This document shows, one piece after another, positions 28,488 through 39,112 of a stretch of 57,389 bases of DNA; within the stretch, counting starts at the first letter, position 1; every line of letters begins with the position of its first letter. The stretch is from a bacterium. GTDB lineage: Bacteria; Margulisbacteria; WOR-1; O2-12-FULL-45-9; XYB2-FULL-48-7. The stretch spans positions 1-57,389 of the forward strand of contig JBDRLW010000022.1 of assembly GCA_043812655.1 (NCBI GenBank), read 5' to 3'. The position numbers and the translations under genes are program-made. Under the pieces are notes generated by a model. The model was not told the DNA's origin. It made no database searches and was given only the letters and a program-made list of their open reading frames with translations.

Positions 28488-29358
28488 AGCCTTAAACAAG
28501 AACACCCCTACTCTCTCTTTTGAGTTTTTTCCGCCCAAGACTCCTGACCAGGAAAAGAAATTATTTGAAACTTTAGCGGAATTAAAGGCTTTTAAGCCTG
28601 ATTTCGTCTCGGTCACTTACGGCGCGATGGGGACGACCAGGGAAAAAACCTTTTTCTGGGTCAAAGAGATCAAAGAAAAATATGGGATCGAGCCGGTCGC
28701 CCATTTAACCTGCATTGCCGCCGCCAAAGACGATATTGCCAAACAGCTCGATGACTTTGAAAATATCGGTGTAACCAACCTTCTTGCCCTGCGAGGCGAC
28801 CCGCCGGAAGGAGAAAAAAACTTTATCCCCCCACAGAACGGTTTTAAATTTGCCAAAGAGCTGATCGACTTTATCAAGAATAAAAAGCCCGATTTTTGCC
28901 TTGGCGTCGCCGGTTTTCCCGAAGGACATCCAAAAACCAGCAGTGTTGACCTAGACGTCAAATACTTGAAGGAGAAAATATCAGCAGGCGGCGAATACGT
29001 TATTAGCCAATTATTTTTTGATAACCGTTTCTTTTTTGACTTTACTGAAAAATGCCAGCAAGCGGGAATAAATATCCCGATTATTGCTGGACTTATGCCG
29101 ATCACCAGCCTGCAGCAAATAAAACGGCTGACCGATACTTGCGGCGCTTCTATCCCGGCTAAGTTGCAAGACGACTTAAAGCGCCACGCCGCCGATCCTA
29201 GATCAATTAAGCAAATTGGAATTGATCAAGCCTCAAAACAAGCCGAGGAATTATTAAAAGCGGGGGTTCCAGGCATTCATTTCTTTGTCATGAACCAAGC
29301 CGGATCAATGTCCGCTATCCTTAACGATTTACCATCGTACCGATCCCGTGGTCGGTAA
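28474..29358 (+). CDS. metF: 5,10-methylenetetrahydrofolate reductase
   Basis: SFEFFPPK, SVTYGA, AHLTC, ALRGD, QLFFDN. Confidence 0.96.
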   Translation: MKVIEALNKNTPTLSFEFFPPKTPDQEKKLFETLAELKAFKPDFVSVTYGAMGTTREKTFFWVKEIKEKYGIEPVAHLTCIAAAKDDIAKQLDDFENIGVTNLLALRGDPPEGEKNFIPPQNGFKFAKELIDFIKNKKPDFCLGVAGFPEGHPKTSSVDLDVKYLKEKISAGGEYVISQLFFDNRFFFDFTEKCQQAGINIPIIAGLMPITSLQQIKRLTDTCGASIPAKLQDDLKRHAADPRSIKQIGIDQASKQAEELLKAGVPGIHFFVMNQAGSMSAILNDLPSYRSRGR

Positions 29359-30187
29359 AAAGCTCCAGTAGGATCGCGTGCGGCATGCGGCCGTCAATAA
29401 TATGAGCTTGTTTCACCCCTTTGCGCACCGCGTGTAAACACGATTTTACTTTGGGGATCATCCCGCCGGAAATTAAACCAGATTTGATCATCTTATCAGC
29501 CTTATATGTATTGACCTGCGAAACTAATTTACCATTTTCGAGGACGCCGGGAACATCGGTCATCATGATCAGCTTTTCCGCTTTTAAGTAAGCTGCGATC
29601 GCTGCCGCCGCTTTATCGGCATTAATATTGTATAGTCCGCCTTTCTTCCCTACCCCGATCGAAGTTAAAACAGGAATGTTGCCCAGCTTCATCCATTTGT
29701 TCAAGAACCGGTAGCGGATCCCGCCAACCTGGCCGGTAAACCCTAAGTCGATCTTTTTCCCGTCGGCATCTTTTTTCCAATATTTAAAAGCTTTGATGAC
29801 CCGGCCCTTTTTGCCGTAAAACCCTTTCGCCTTGCCGCCCGCTTTTTTGATCATGGTAACGATCTGGGAATTGATCTTGCCGCCCAAGACTTTCTCCACT
29901 ACTTTCATCGTCTCTTTGTCCGTTACCCGGTAGCCGCCAATGAATTTTGGCTCGATCCCTTTTTTTCGTAGGTATTTATTGATTTCCGGCCCGCCGCCAT
30001 GGACCAAGACCGGGTTCATCCCCACCATTTTAAGCAGGACGACATCTTGGATGACCCCTTGTTTTAATTCTTCGCTCTGCATCGCCGCCCCGCCATATTT
30101 AATGACGATCGTCTTGCCATTAAACTTCGTTAAATACGGCAATGCTTCTAAGACTGCATTGGCTCTTTTAATTAGGTGCTTGAACAT
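29321..30187 (-). CDS. argB: Acetylglutamate kinase
   Basis: VIKYGG, VHGGGPEI, NINAD, GGMIPK. Confidence 0.97.
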   Translation of the reverse strand: MFKHLIKRANAVLEALPYLTKFNGKTIVIKYGGAAMQSEELKQGVIQDVVLLKMVGMNPVLVHGGGPEINKYLRKKGIEPKFIGGYRVTDKETMKVVEKVLGGKINSQIVTMIKKAGGKAKGFYGKKGRVIKAFKYWKKDADGKKIDLGFTGQVGGIRYRFLNKWMKLGNIPVLTSIGVGKKGGLYNINADKAAAAIAAYLKAEKLIMMTDVPGVLENGKLVSQVNTYKADKMIKSGLISGGMIPKVKSCLHAVRKGVKQAHIIDGRMPHAILLELFTDHGIGTMVNR

Positions 30188-30229
30188 CCTCTTTTGCCCT
30201 TCTTGAACCTGAGAATAAATTCTCGGTTC

Positions 30230-31342
30230 CTAGGTATGATACTCCGCATTGATCTTAATATACCCCTCGGTCAGATCACAACCCCAGGCGGTCGCTGTCG
30301 CTTTACCTACGCCAAGGTTACAGGTAATTATCGTCTCTTTATCTAAAAATTTCATATCAGCTTTCATTTTGTCTTGGTTTATTTTGGCTTTGGTCGAACC
30401 GACCGCCGCAAAGACCCGTCCTAAATTCAAGTCTTTACCATAAACCGCGCATTTTAAAAGGTCAGAGCCGGCGATCGCCCGAGCGGCGATCCGCGCTTCT
30501 TTTTCACTGCGCGCCCCGCTTACCTGGACTTCAATGATCTGCGTCGCCCCTTCACCATCACGAGCGATCTCCTTAGCTAAATAAAGACAAACCTCTTCTA
30601 AGGCTTGATAGAATTTTTTCTCCGCGCTTGGTCCTTTGATCTTTTCTCCCGACAATCCGTTCGCCAACGCAAAGACACAATCATTGGTCGATTGGCATTG
30701 GTCAACGGTGATCATATTAAAAGAATTATTCACCGCTTGTTTTAACATTTTTTGCAGCAGCGGCCTCGCTATTTCAACGTCGGTCGTAATGAACGCGTGC
30801 ATTGTCGCCATATTGGGATGGATCATCCCCGAACCTTTGGCCACGCCAGCGATCTTATAATCACCGACCTTAACCGTGATCTCTTTCGGCCGCAGATCGG
30901 TCGTCATGATCGCTTCAGCCACCGCGTGCCCCCCATCGACGCTTAGTTTTTGGGCCAGCTGTCTGATCGCCGGCAAGATATTTTTCATCGGCAAATATTT
31001 ATGGATCGAGCCGGTTGAAGTGACCAAAACATGTTTTGGAGTAATGCCCAAAACCTTGGCTGTTTCACTCACCATCGCCTGGGCATCTTGCAGCCCCTGC
31101 TTTCCGGTCCCGCAATTGGCATTCCCTGCATTGCTAATGATCGCCTGGCACAGGCCAGACTTAATATTTTTTTGTGAGACCAAGATCGGGGCCGCCTTAA
31201 ATTGATTCGAAGTGAAAACTCCAGCTACTACTGCCGGCAGTTCGGAAACAATCAATGTTAGATCAGGATTGCCCGATTGTTTGATCCCGGCCGCTAAGGC
31301 CGCCGCTTTAAACCCTTTTGGTGCCGTTATAGTTCCTTCCAT
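30230..31342 (-). CDS. argJ: Ornithine acetyltransferase
   Basis: GNANCGTG, AIMTTD, KGSGMIHPNMATM, DGEGAT, WGCDLT. Confidence 0.97.
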   Translation of the reverse strand: MEGTITAPKGFKAAALAAGIKQSGNPDLTLIVSELPAVVAGVFTSNQFKAAPILVSQKNIKSGLCQAIISNAGNANCGTGKQGLQDAQAMVSETAKVLGITPKHVLVTSTGSIHKYLPMKNILPAIRQLAQKLSVDGGHAVAEAIMTTDLRPKEITVKVGDYKIAGVAKGSGMIHPNMATMHAFITTDVEIARPLLQKMLKQAVNNSFNMITVDQCQSTNDCVFALANGLSGEKIKGPSAEKKFYQALEEVCLYLAKEIARDGEGATQIIEVQVSGARSEKEARIAARAIAGSDLLKCAVYGKDLNLGRVFAAVGSTKAKINQDKMKADMKFLDKETIITCNLGVGKATATAWGCDLTEGYIKINAEYHT

Positions 31343-31358
31343 TTTTTCCTTTCGTTAT

Positions 31359-31480
31359 TGGTCGATAGGTTGCGCGGCTGGAAATGTCGATAGTCGTTGG
31401 ATAATTGTCATCCCAAAGCTAACAAACTAACCGACTAACCAACTACCTCCCACTATTCCAGTCGCCCAACCCATCAACCA
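31359..31480. repeat. Intergenic long inverted repeat with an internal octamer array
   Basis: 25-nt arms 31359-31383 and 31456-31480 (21/25 complementary); internal ctaacaaa ctaaccga ctaaccaa. Confidence 0.7.
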
Positions 31481-31481
31481 T

Positions 31482-32525
31482 CTACGGATATAAAGCGATC
31501 TGCTTTAACCCAGTCGTCTCCTCAAACCCGTGCATCAGATTAAAATTCTGCACCGCCTGCCCCGCCGCTCCCTTTACTAAGTTATCGATCACCGACATTA
31601 CGATCACTGTCCCGGTCTCGGCATTGACGGAAACTCCGATATCGCAATAGTTCGTCCCGGCAACATTCTTGGTGCACGGTTCCCCACTCTCATAAATCCG
31701 CACAAATGGTTGCCCTTTATAAAACTCTTTATACATTGTTTGAAGTTTGATGTTTGAAGCTGGATCTTTTAGTTTCGCGTAGCAGGTCGCGTGAATCCCC
31801 CGCGTCATCGGCATTAAGTGTGGCACAAACGTCACACTCACATTTTCACCCGCTACTCGACCGATCTGATAACTAACCTCTCCCATATGGCGATGGTTGT
31901 TGACGGCATAAGCAGTGACCCCCTCATTCCGTTCGCAAAAATGGGCCTTCAGTGAAACACCGCGTCCGGCACCAGAAACGCCAGATTTCGCATCAACTAT
32001 AATTGAATTCAGTTCTATTAATTTATTTTTCACGAGTGGCGCCAAACCCAGGATCGAAGCGGTCGGATAACAACCCGGATTGCCGACCAAACGAGCTTTT
32101 TTAATTTCATTCTTGTAAAGTTCGGGCAGGCCAAAGACCGCTTCGGCTAAGATTTTTTTATCGGGATGGTCGAGCCCATACCATTTCTTAAAGACCGCTT
32201 CGTCATGAAACCGATAATCAGCCCCAAGGTCTACTACTTTTTTCCCAGCCTTAATTATTTTAGGGACATAATTGATCGCAATGCCGTGCGGCAACGCCAG
32301 GAAAACCACATCGATCGAACTTAAATTCTTATCCAGGTCAGCCAACGTTTGGCACGGCAGGTCACAGATCCCCATTAGTTGCGGATATAATTCCGAGATC
32401 TTCTTCCCTTTATGGGCATCTTCCGACATCAGCCAAACGACTTCCGCTTCCGGATGCCGCAATAATATTCCGAGGAGTGTTACTCCCGCATAACCGCCCG
32501 CACCAACTATCCCTATCTTCTTCAT
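31482..32525 (-). CDS. argC: N-acetyl-gamma-glutamyl-phosphate reductase
   Basis: GAGGYAG, NPGCYPT, SGVSGAG, DNLVKGAAGQAVQN. Confidence 0.97.
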   Translation of the reverse strand: MKKIGIVGAGGYAGVTLLGILLRHPEAEVVWLMSEDAHKGKKISELYPQLMGICDLPCQTLADLDKNLSSIDVVFLALPHGIAINYVPKIIKAGKKVVDLGADYRFHDEAVFKKWYGLDHPDKKILAEAVFGLPELYKNEIKKARLVGNPGCYPTASILGLAPLVKNKLIELNSIIVDAKSGVSGAGRGVSLKAHFCERNEGVTAYAVNNHRHMGEVSYQIGRVAGENVSVTFVPHLMPMTRGIHATCYAKLKDPASNIKLQTMYKEFYKGQPFVRIYESGEPCTKNVAGTNYCDIGVSVNAETGTVIVMSVIDNLVKGAAGQAVQNFNLMHGFEETTGLKQIALYP

Positions 32526-33034
32526 TTATATCTCCTTACTGTAAATTTAAATAGTTCGACCGGTTCATTCGCCCCGATCCCGCCTTTGCGCCGACAGATC
32601 GCGATCTGCTCGGCTGGCGTCCCAACGCCTTCAAGATCGGGCAGGAGCAATCCCCTTCTGTTCCCGGCTTTTACGATAATACCATATTTTTTGGCGTCTA
32701 GCTCATCAATTGACGCGGCGGGAGTCGGCTCCGATAAAACATCGACCGAAATTTCCAGATCAGCCAATTCATCTTCTCTTAGCGGCGGAAACCTGGGATC
32801 CCTAGTTGATGATTCTATCGCATTACGAATAACTTCGGTCGCCGCGTTCTCACTTGTGCCGGTAAAAGTCCCAATGCAACCGCGTAATTCTCCTTGCCGA
32901 TGCAAGGAAACAAAAACACCGGCCTTTTCTTTCATTTCCGGCGTCAGTTCTTTCGGCGGCTTAATGATCTTGCCTTCTTTAATATAAGTTTCAATTGTTC
33001 GGCGGGCCAAAGCGACAAAGGGGTGCTCATTCAT
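32522..33034 (-). CDS. AmmeMemoRadiSam protein A (AMMECR1 domain)
   Basis: GVFVSL...LRGCIGT, DPRFPP, GLLLP; start reassigned to ATG 33034. Confidence 0.92.
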   Translation of the reverse strand: MNEHPFVALARRTIETYIKEGKIIKPPKELTPEMKEKAGVFVSLHRQGELRGCIGTFTGTSENAATEVIRNAIESSTRDPRFPPLREDELADLEISVDVLSEPTPAASIDELDAKKYGIIVKAGNRRGLLLPDLEGVGTPAEQIAICRRKGGIGANEPVELFKFTVRRYK

Positions 33035-33803
33035 AAGTTGCGACCATGTAGCCGACGCCAAATGGGCCTTCGTAAGAGAGAAAATTAGGTTTAAGGTTTT
33101 GCCCGGCGATCGCGCCAAGTAGTATTGCGATCGACCACAGGGCGTCTTGCCCAGCCTCATCGGCTAAAGTAGGATCAAAATTTAATATTCCTTCAACATC
33201 ATTATTCTTCACTAGCTCCACAAGCTTTTCATCAAACTCTTTCCCTTTAGGTGAATAACCGCTTGGAGCATCTTGGGTTAAGCGGTGGGACATGTCAGCC
33301 GACGCAATGACCGCGATTTTCCTGCCCAGGCGATCGGCTGTTTTAGTAAGTGATTGGCCAAACTCAAAAAGTTTTTTCAGCGGCATAAAAGCCACGGCGA
33401 TCGGCAAGACCGGTTTATTTATTTTTGCCGCCTGGACATATGACATCGGCACCATAACACCGTGGTCGATGATCGTCCCGGTTGAAGCCGAGGCCAAATG
33501 AGTATCTTTAACGGTCGCCAGCGCTAGGGTCGGATCACCTTTAAATGAAAAGGCAACTTTAGCGGCGTTAAACTGGGAAAAATCCCCTTCAAAAACGTGG
33601 CCAGTATAGACGGGAACCGAGGCTTGGCCAACGTCACCGTGGGGAGTAATAACTACGATCGTATCAAGATCTATCTTTTTAAAATGGTTAGCCGCAGTTT
33701 CAACCGCCTGCCTGGTTTTATCGGCTTGTTTTAATCGCTCTTTCCCTATTTGCGGGACAATGATCGGCGGATGCGGCATGATCGCGCCATAAACAATACT
33801 CAT
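33027..33803 (-). CDS. AmmeMemoRadiSam protein B (MEMO/LigB-like)
   Basis: MPHPPIIVP, TPH, DHG, SADMSH, YEGPFGVGY; start reassigned to ATG 33803. Confidence 0.88.
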   Translation of the reverse strand: MSIVYGAIMPHPPIIVPQIGKERLKQADKTRQAVETAANHFKKIDLDTIVVITPHGDVGQASVPVYTGHVFEGDFSQFNAAKVAFSFKGDPTLALATVKDTHLASASTGTIIDHGVMVPMSYVQAAKINKPVLPIAVAFMPLKKLFEFGQSLTKTADRLGRKIAVIASADMSHRLTQDAPSGYSPKGKEFDEKLVELVKNNDVEGILNFDPTLADEAGQDALWSIAILLGAIAGQNLKPNFLSYEGPFGVGYMVATYE

Positions 33804-33867
33804 TTTATCGTTATGATAATATAAAACTTGCCAAGGTGCAAATATAATTTTATAATGAAAAGCATAA

Positions 33868-35229
33868 ATGACACTTAAGATCTCGATCTCCGGCATCCGG
33901 GGTTATGTACCTGAATCATTGACGCCCGAAGTCTGCCTTGATTTTGCCAAAGCGTTTGGTACTTATCTTAATGGTGGAAAAGTCGTCATCGGCATCGATT
34001 CCCGAGCAACTTCAGAATATATCAAAGGTATTATTTTCGCCGGGCTGATGTCCTGCGGCTGTGAAGTTATCGACCTTGGCATCTGTCCAACCCCGACCGT
34101 CGGCATTATGACCAAACAATTAAAAGCCAAAGGCGGAATTATTGTTACCGCCTCCCACAACCCCCTCCCCTGGAATGGCATAAAATTTGTCAGAGCCGAT
34201 GGAATATTTTTAAATGAGGCGCAAGCGGGAAAGTTTATTAAGATATATGAAGGCAAGGTTTTTCTAGGGTCAAGGGGCCAGCGTCCAGGGACCAGGACCC
34301 TGGCTACTGGACCCCGGCTACAAGTCAATCGCACCGGCATTGATTTTCATATTGCCAAAGTCCTCAAAGCGTTTGATGCTGCGCTGATCAAAAAAAAGAA
34401 GTTTAGGGTTGCGGTTGACGCTTGTAATGGCGCGGGATCAGTTGCTTTAGTTGAATGTTTGAGGAAGCTTGGCTGTACTGTCTACCCTATTAATGTAAAT
34501 ACATCTCTCCCCTTTCCCCACTCCCCCGAACCGATCGCTGAAAATTTGGGCGACCTATTAACTTTAGTAAAAACCAAAAAAGCCGACATCGGTTTTGCGA
34601 TGGACGCGGACGCTGACCGACTAGCGGTGGTTTCGGAAAAAGGGGAAGCCTTGGGCGAAGAATTAACAATGGCCTTAGCAGTTAAGTTTATGCTGGAACA
34701 AAACCAAGGCAAGAAAAATAAGATAGTCATTAATCTTTCAACAACCAAAGCCGTTGACGACCTTTGCCAGGAGTTTGGGGCAGCCTGCATCAGGACAAAA
34801 GTCGGCGAAGTAAACGTGGCGGAAAAGATCAAAGAAGTTAAGGCCCTAATCGGCGGCGAAGGGAATGGCGGCGTCATTTATCCTAAAATTGGTTTCAATC
34901 GCGATAGTTTAACGGCCGCAACACTGCTTTTAAATATGATGGCTGAATCTGGGCAAAAGCTTTCTGACCTGGGAAAAGCAATTCCCCATTACGAAGGGGT
35001 AAAGACTAAGGTTGAATGTAAATCAAATGAGGAAGCCAGTAAATTAGTTGAAAAAACCAAGCAGATCTTTGCTGGGGAAAAATTTGACCTGACTGAAGGC
35101 ATTAAAGTGATCTTCCCCGACGCCTGGATCCACGTCCGCCCCTCTAATACTGAACCGATCGTCAGGATCATCGCGGAAGCTAAGAGTAAAGCTAGGGCCA
35201 AAGAATTAGTTAACTTGATTCCGGTTTAG
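33868..35229 (+). CDS. Phosphohexomutase (GlmM/PMM-PGM family)
   Basis: TASHNP, DADADR, GGEGNGG, VRPSNTEP. Confidence 0.93.
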   Translation: MTLKISISGIRGYVPESLTPEVCLDFAKAFGTYLNGGKVVIGIDSRATSEYIKGIIFAGLMSCGCEVIDLGICPTPTVGIMTKQLKAKGGIIVTASHNPLPWNGIKFVRADGIFLNEAQAGKFIKIYEGKVFLGSRGQRPGTRTLATGPRLQVNRTGIDFHIAKVLKAFDAALIKKKKFRVAVDACNGAGSVALVECLRKLGCTVYPINVNTSLPFPHSPEPIAENLGDLLTLVKTKKADIGFAMDADADRLAVVSEKGEALGEELTMALAVKFMLEQNQGKKNKIVINLSTTKAVDDLCQEFGAACIRTKVGEVNVAEKIKEVKALIGGEGNGGVIYPKIGFNRDSLTAATLLLNMMAESGQKLSDLGKAIPHYEGVKTKVECKSNEEASKLVEKTKQIFAGEKFDLTEGIKVIFPDAWIHVRPSNTEPIVRIIAEAKSKARAKELVNLIPV

Positions 35230-36498
35230 CTCTCTAACCCGTTTTTCGAAGGCGGATTTTGGCAGGTCAAGGAAATTAGCCACTAGGGCGTAATCGCCGC
35301 CAGTCCTCATTAGCAGTAGATCATAAAATTCTTTTTCAAATTCTTCTTTTTTTTCAAGCCCTTGTAGAGCCGATCTTTTAAGGGAAATCTGGACCACATC
35401 GTTCAAATTGATCGGAATATCTTTTAGGTCAAGAAGGCTCGAAGTTGAAGCCAGGACGCCCTGCTCGATCAAACATTCCAGTTGGCGGTAGTTACCGGGA
35501 TAATCATAGAGATTGAGCCAAGCCAAAAGATCGGCGGCAAAACCTTTTATTTCTTTATTATGTAAGGCGGCATAATGGGCTAAATAACTGCTAAGCAGGC
35601 CGGGCAGATCGCTCTTGCGCTGGCGCAATGGCGGGATCGTCAAACTATTATAATCAGCCAAAAGTTCACCCGGCAAGCTCTCTTTTTCAAAAAATCCGAT
35701 AATGGTCAAAACTCGCTGGTCGGTCTTCTCATTCCTGACTTTAAAATATTGGCAGATCGTCCGCCGGAAATTATCATCAACTAATTCAATGTTTTTAAGG
35801 TAAACCGTGCCGCACCTTTCTTCCGAAGTTGGCGACAAGGCGCCTAAAATTGCCGACCAGAAATGGCTTTCCATCCCCTCTTTTTGAAAATTAAGGAGAT
35901 CGATCGTTAAAAATTTCCGGTTCTTCCCCAATCCCCTGCCGTGGATAAATTTGACGACATCTTCTTTTTCTATTCCCCGCTCACCAAAAATAACCAGGTT
36001 TTTTGACGATATCACTAAATCTCTGATTGCCGCGTACATTTTTTGCAGTTCAGGACTTGCTCCCTGGAGCCATATTTCTGCAGCGGTTTTAAGGAGATTT
36101 GCCTGTTGGCTTTCTTGCGTTTGCCTGACCGCAGCCAGTAATTGTTCGGGGTCGATCGGCCGTTTGAGAAAGTTAGCCAGTCCCAATTTAGTGGCGGTAA
36201 CCGCCAGAGGAATGTCAGGATTTGACGATAGGGCAATGACCGGGATCCCCGGGGAAACCAGGTCTATTTGTTTAAACGCCGTTATTCCGCCTTCACCAGG
36301 AAGATCAAAATCCAAGATCACCAGGGCCGGTTTTTTTTGGGTAATATAGTGGAGGCTCTCGCTTAATTTCGCCAGCCGCTCGATCTCATAGCCAGACAAT
36401 AGGTCCCTAACCTTCCCCTCAAGCACAGCTTCGTCTGTTACTAAAAGAATTTTCTTAAGCGCACCTTCATTTGTCATTTGTAATTTGTCTTTTGACAT
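35206..36498 (-). CDS. Degenerate sigma54-type response regulator (REC, inactive AAA+, HTH)
   Basis: REC Asp retained (VILDFDLP); Walker A GERGIEK; no GAFTGA; Walker B replaced by YLKN; IPPLRQR and YPGNYRQL retained. Confidence 0.85.
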   Translation of the reverse strand: MSKDKLQMTNEGALKKILLVTDEAVLEGKVRDLLSGYEIERLAKLSESLHYITQKKPALVILDFDLPGEGGITAFKQIDLVSPGIPVIALSSNPDIPLAVTATKLGLANFLKRPIDPEQLLAAVRQTQESQQANLLKTAAEIWLQGASPELQKMYAAIRDLVISSKNLVIFGERGIEKEDVVKFIHGRGLGKNRKFLTIDLLNFQKEGMESHFWSAILGALSPTSEERCGTVYLKNIELVDDNFRRTICQYFKVRNEKTDQRVLTIIGFFEKESLPGELLADYNSLTIPPLRQRKSDLPGLLSSYLAHYAALHNKEIKGFAADLLAWLNLYDYPGNYRQLECLIEQGVLASTSSLLDLKDIPINLNDVVQISLKRSALQGLEKKEEFEKEFYDLLLMRTGGDYALVANFLDLPKSAFEKRVRELNRNQVN

Positions 36499-36553
36499 TT
36501 ATTAAAGTATACCAGTCACTGCTTGACCGGTAAACCCCAGCACCAATAAGGCC

Positions 36554-39112
36554 TCATTGGTGTTGGGGTAAAGTAACGGTAAAGCTTGTCCCCTTCCCCA
36601 CCTGGCTCTCCACATCGATCGAGCCTTTATGTCCGTCAACAATGCTGTGGGAGATCGCTAAACCTAACCCCGTCCCTCCATATTTGGTCGTAAAGAACGG
36701 GTCAAATAATTTTTTCTTTATCTCTTCAGAAATGCCATGGCCAGTATCAGATACTTTAACTTTAATATTCTGTAAAACCCCGTCGGTCTTTTGCCCGGGA
36801 GAAGTGGCGACAACAATTTCGCCTCCTTCGGTCATTGCCTGGATAGCATTGAGGATCAAATTAGAAAACACTTGGGAAATCTGGCCATGGTCAATTTCAA
36901 TTTCGGGCAGCGGTTGATAATCCTGTTTGATCGTAATGCCGGAAGCTCTGGCTTTTTCCTCAAAATATTTAATATTTTCCTCTAAGATCCCCTCAATGCT
37001 AGCAAGCTCAAAGGTCGGCGTGGTCGACCGGGCAAAGCCAAGCAAATTTTCGACTATCTTATCGATCCGGTCGATCTCCTTTGGCAAGATCTCTTCTAAT
37101 TTTTTGCGGTATTCCGGGTCATCAATTTTCTTGGGGAGAAGCTGGGCAAAAACTTTCATGGAGGAGAGGGGGTTTTTGATCTCATGCGCCATGCCAGCGG
37201 CCATCGTCGCGAGCGCGGTCAATTTATCCGCCCGGCGGATCTTATATTCCATTTCTTTTATGCCAGAAAGGTCATTGATCGAAAGCAGGGCGCCTAAAAT
37301 TTTCCCTTGTCCGTCTTTAAGCAGCGTGGTTGAGAAAGAGACTGGCACCAAGCCCCGCTCCGGTGAAGCGATCCCCGTCTCATAATTTAAGCATGGCTCG
37401 CCGCGCAATGTCCTATTAATCGCCGCAGTTACCGCCCCTCTGGGGCCCCAAACCTCTTCGCACCTTTTCCCGATGGCTTTTAAGGCTTCGCGACCGGTAA
37501 TATTTTCCGCCATAAAATTAAAGGTAATGATCCGCCCTTTCGCGTCTGTAGTAAGAACACCGTTGGTCATGCTCTGGAGGATCTCTTCATTATAATTTTT
37601 CATCACCAAGACTTCTTCGTAAAGCCTGGCATTTTCCAGCGCGACAGCCGTCTGGTTGCTTAAGGTGTTGAGCAATGCCAAGTCTTCCGAAGTAAAAACA
37701 TCGCCAGACAATTTGCTTCCCAAGGCAATTATCCCTGTTAGCTCTCCTTTGGCAATGATCGGGACCCAAAGAGCTATTCCCAACCGTTCGATCTCTGCTT
37801 TAACTTCTTCAAGATATGCCTTCCTGGTCTGGCCTTCCTCTCCTAACGCCTCTTGCTTGGTTATCTCATCTTCAACTTCATCTAAAACTAGGATATCTTT
37901 AGCTGCGGCCAGCCACTGGACGATCGGGCTTTTAGCGCTGATCTCGATCTTCTGGTATCGGGGGACATTTAACGGGATGGAATAAAACTTTTCTTCTTCC
38001 TTATCCCGGCTAAGAAAAGAGATCTCCGATATTTTCATTGTATTGACAAAAGAAAGGGCGATCAACCTCGCCAGCTGTTCGAGTTTAATGACCGACGCGA
38101 TCTCCCGGCTGATCTTGCGCAGGGTTTTCCGGTAATCATAACGCCCTTTAAAAAAAAGCCGGTCGGTAAAATTCTGGAAGCCGTGGACCAGCGGCTGATA
38201 CATGATCGCGATGATGACCACGATAATCGCCGCCACCGCTTGCGAACTGTAACCGACAATTTTGCGCAAATATATTTCAGAGACCATCACCGCCAACGCG
38301 TAGATCGCCATCAGCATCATCGTCGAGAGGGCGTAAACCACGCTATGCTGGAGGGCAACTTCAACGGTCATCAGCCGGTGGCGGATGATCGCGTAGGCCA
38401 TTAGTCCCGCTCCCGGAATGATCAGGTAAAAAGCCGGCCCAATAAAACGATAATTATGGAAAACCAAAGGGGAAATAACATCGGCCATGAAGATCGGCGC
38501 GCCAAAGACCAGCAAGCCTATAATGACATATTTTATTTGTTTCTGTTGGAGGGAAGAAGCCTCTTTTATTTTATTAAGTAAAAGACCGATCGAATATCCA
38601 GCTAAAAACAAACTAAATAAGACAAAGATCGGAAAGAGCGGGCCAAACGCCACCTGACGCCCGGGTAGAACATCTACCACCACATAGCTGGTAAAAAATG
38701 CCGTGATCGCCAAACTAATGATCGGGACCACGACCACGGCTTGCCGTGCTAACCCAAGCTTCTCTTTCTCAAAAGGAAAAAAGCTGGAAAAATAAAATAG
38801 CAATAGAATAAGCAAAAAAGCGCTGGCATATATGCCTCTCACTCCCAGCAGCGCCAAGATCGATGGGGGAACATTGAACAAGACCGCGTAGCCAATAACG
38901 ATCCCGGCCATTGCCATGGTCATCAAAGCGAACATTATGTTGATCTTATTGCGCCAGTTATAGAGGAAGACCACAGCCCCCATGGCCAAAAGAGTCAGGG
39001 CTACATAATAAAGAGGAAGATATCCAGTTAACCCGTAAAAAAAGCAATAGGTCGTGCCGGCTATCGCCGCTATACTAGCTAGGAAAAAAGTACCGCGCCA
39101 TGTCTTATACAT
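36554..39112 (-). CDS. Multi-TM sensor histidine kinase (TM-GAF-PAS-HisKA-HATPase)
   Basis: MAHEIKNPL H-box, NLILNA, DTGHG, PFFTTK, GTGLGL. Confidence 0.95.
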   Translation of the reverse strand: MYKTWRGTFFLASIAAIAGTTYCFFYGLTGYLPLYYVALTLLAMGAVVFLYNWRNKINIMFALMTMAMAGIVIGYAVLFNVPPSILALLGVRGIYASAFLLILLLFYFSSFFPFEKEKLGLARQAVVVVPIISLAITAFFTSYVVVDVLPGRQVAFGPLFPIFVLFSLFLAGYSIGLLLNKIKEASSLQQKQIKYVIIGLLVFGAPIFMADVISPLVFHNYRFIGPAFYLIIPGAGLMAYAIIRHRLMTVEVALQHSVVYALSTMMLMAIYALAVMVSEIYLRKIVGYSSQAVAAIIVVIIAIMYQPLVHGFQNFTDRLFFKGRYDYRKTLRKISREIASVIKLEQLARLIALSFVNTMKISEISFLSRDKEEEKFYSIPLNVPRYQKIEISAKSPIVQWLAAAKDILVLDEVEDEITKQEALGEEGQTRKAYLEEVKAEIERLGIALWVPIIAKGELTGIIALGSKLSGDVFTSEDLALLNTLSNQTAVALENARLYEEVLVMKNYNEEILQSMTNGVLTTDAKGRIITFNFMAENITGREALKAIGKRCEEVWGPRGAVTAAINRTLRGEPCLNYETGIASPERGLVPVSFSTTLLKDGQGKILGALLSINDLSGIKEMEYKIRRADKLTALATMAAGMAHEIKNPLSSMKVFAQLLPKKIDDPEYRKKLEEILPKEIDRIDKIVENLLGFARSTTPTFELASIEGILEENIKYFEEKARASGITIKQDYQPLPEIEIDHGQISQVFSNLILNAIQAMTEGGEIVVATSPGQKTDGVLQNIKVKVSDTGHGISEEIKKKLFDPFFTTKYGGTGLGLAISHSIVDGHKGSIDVESQVGKGTSFTVTLPQHQ

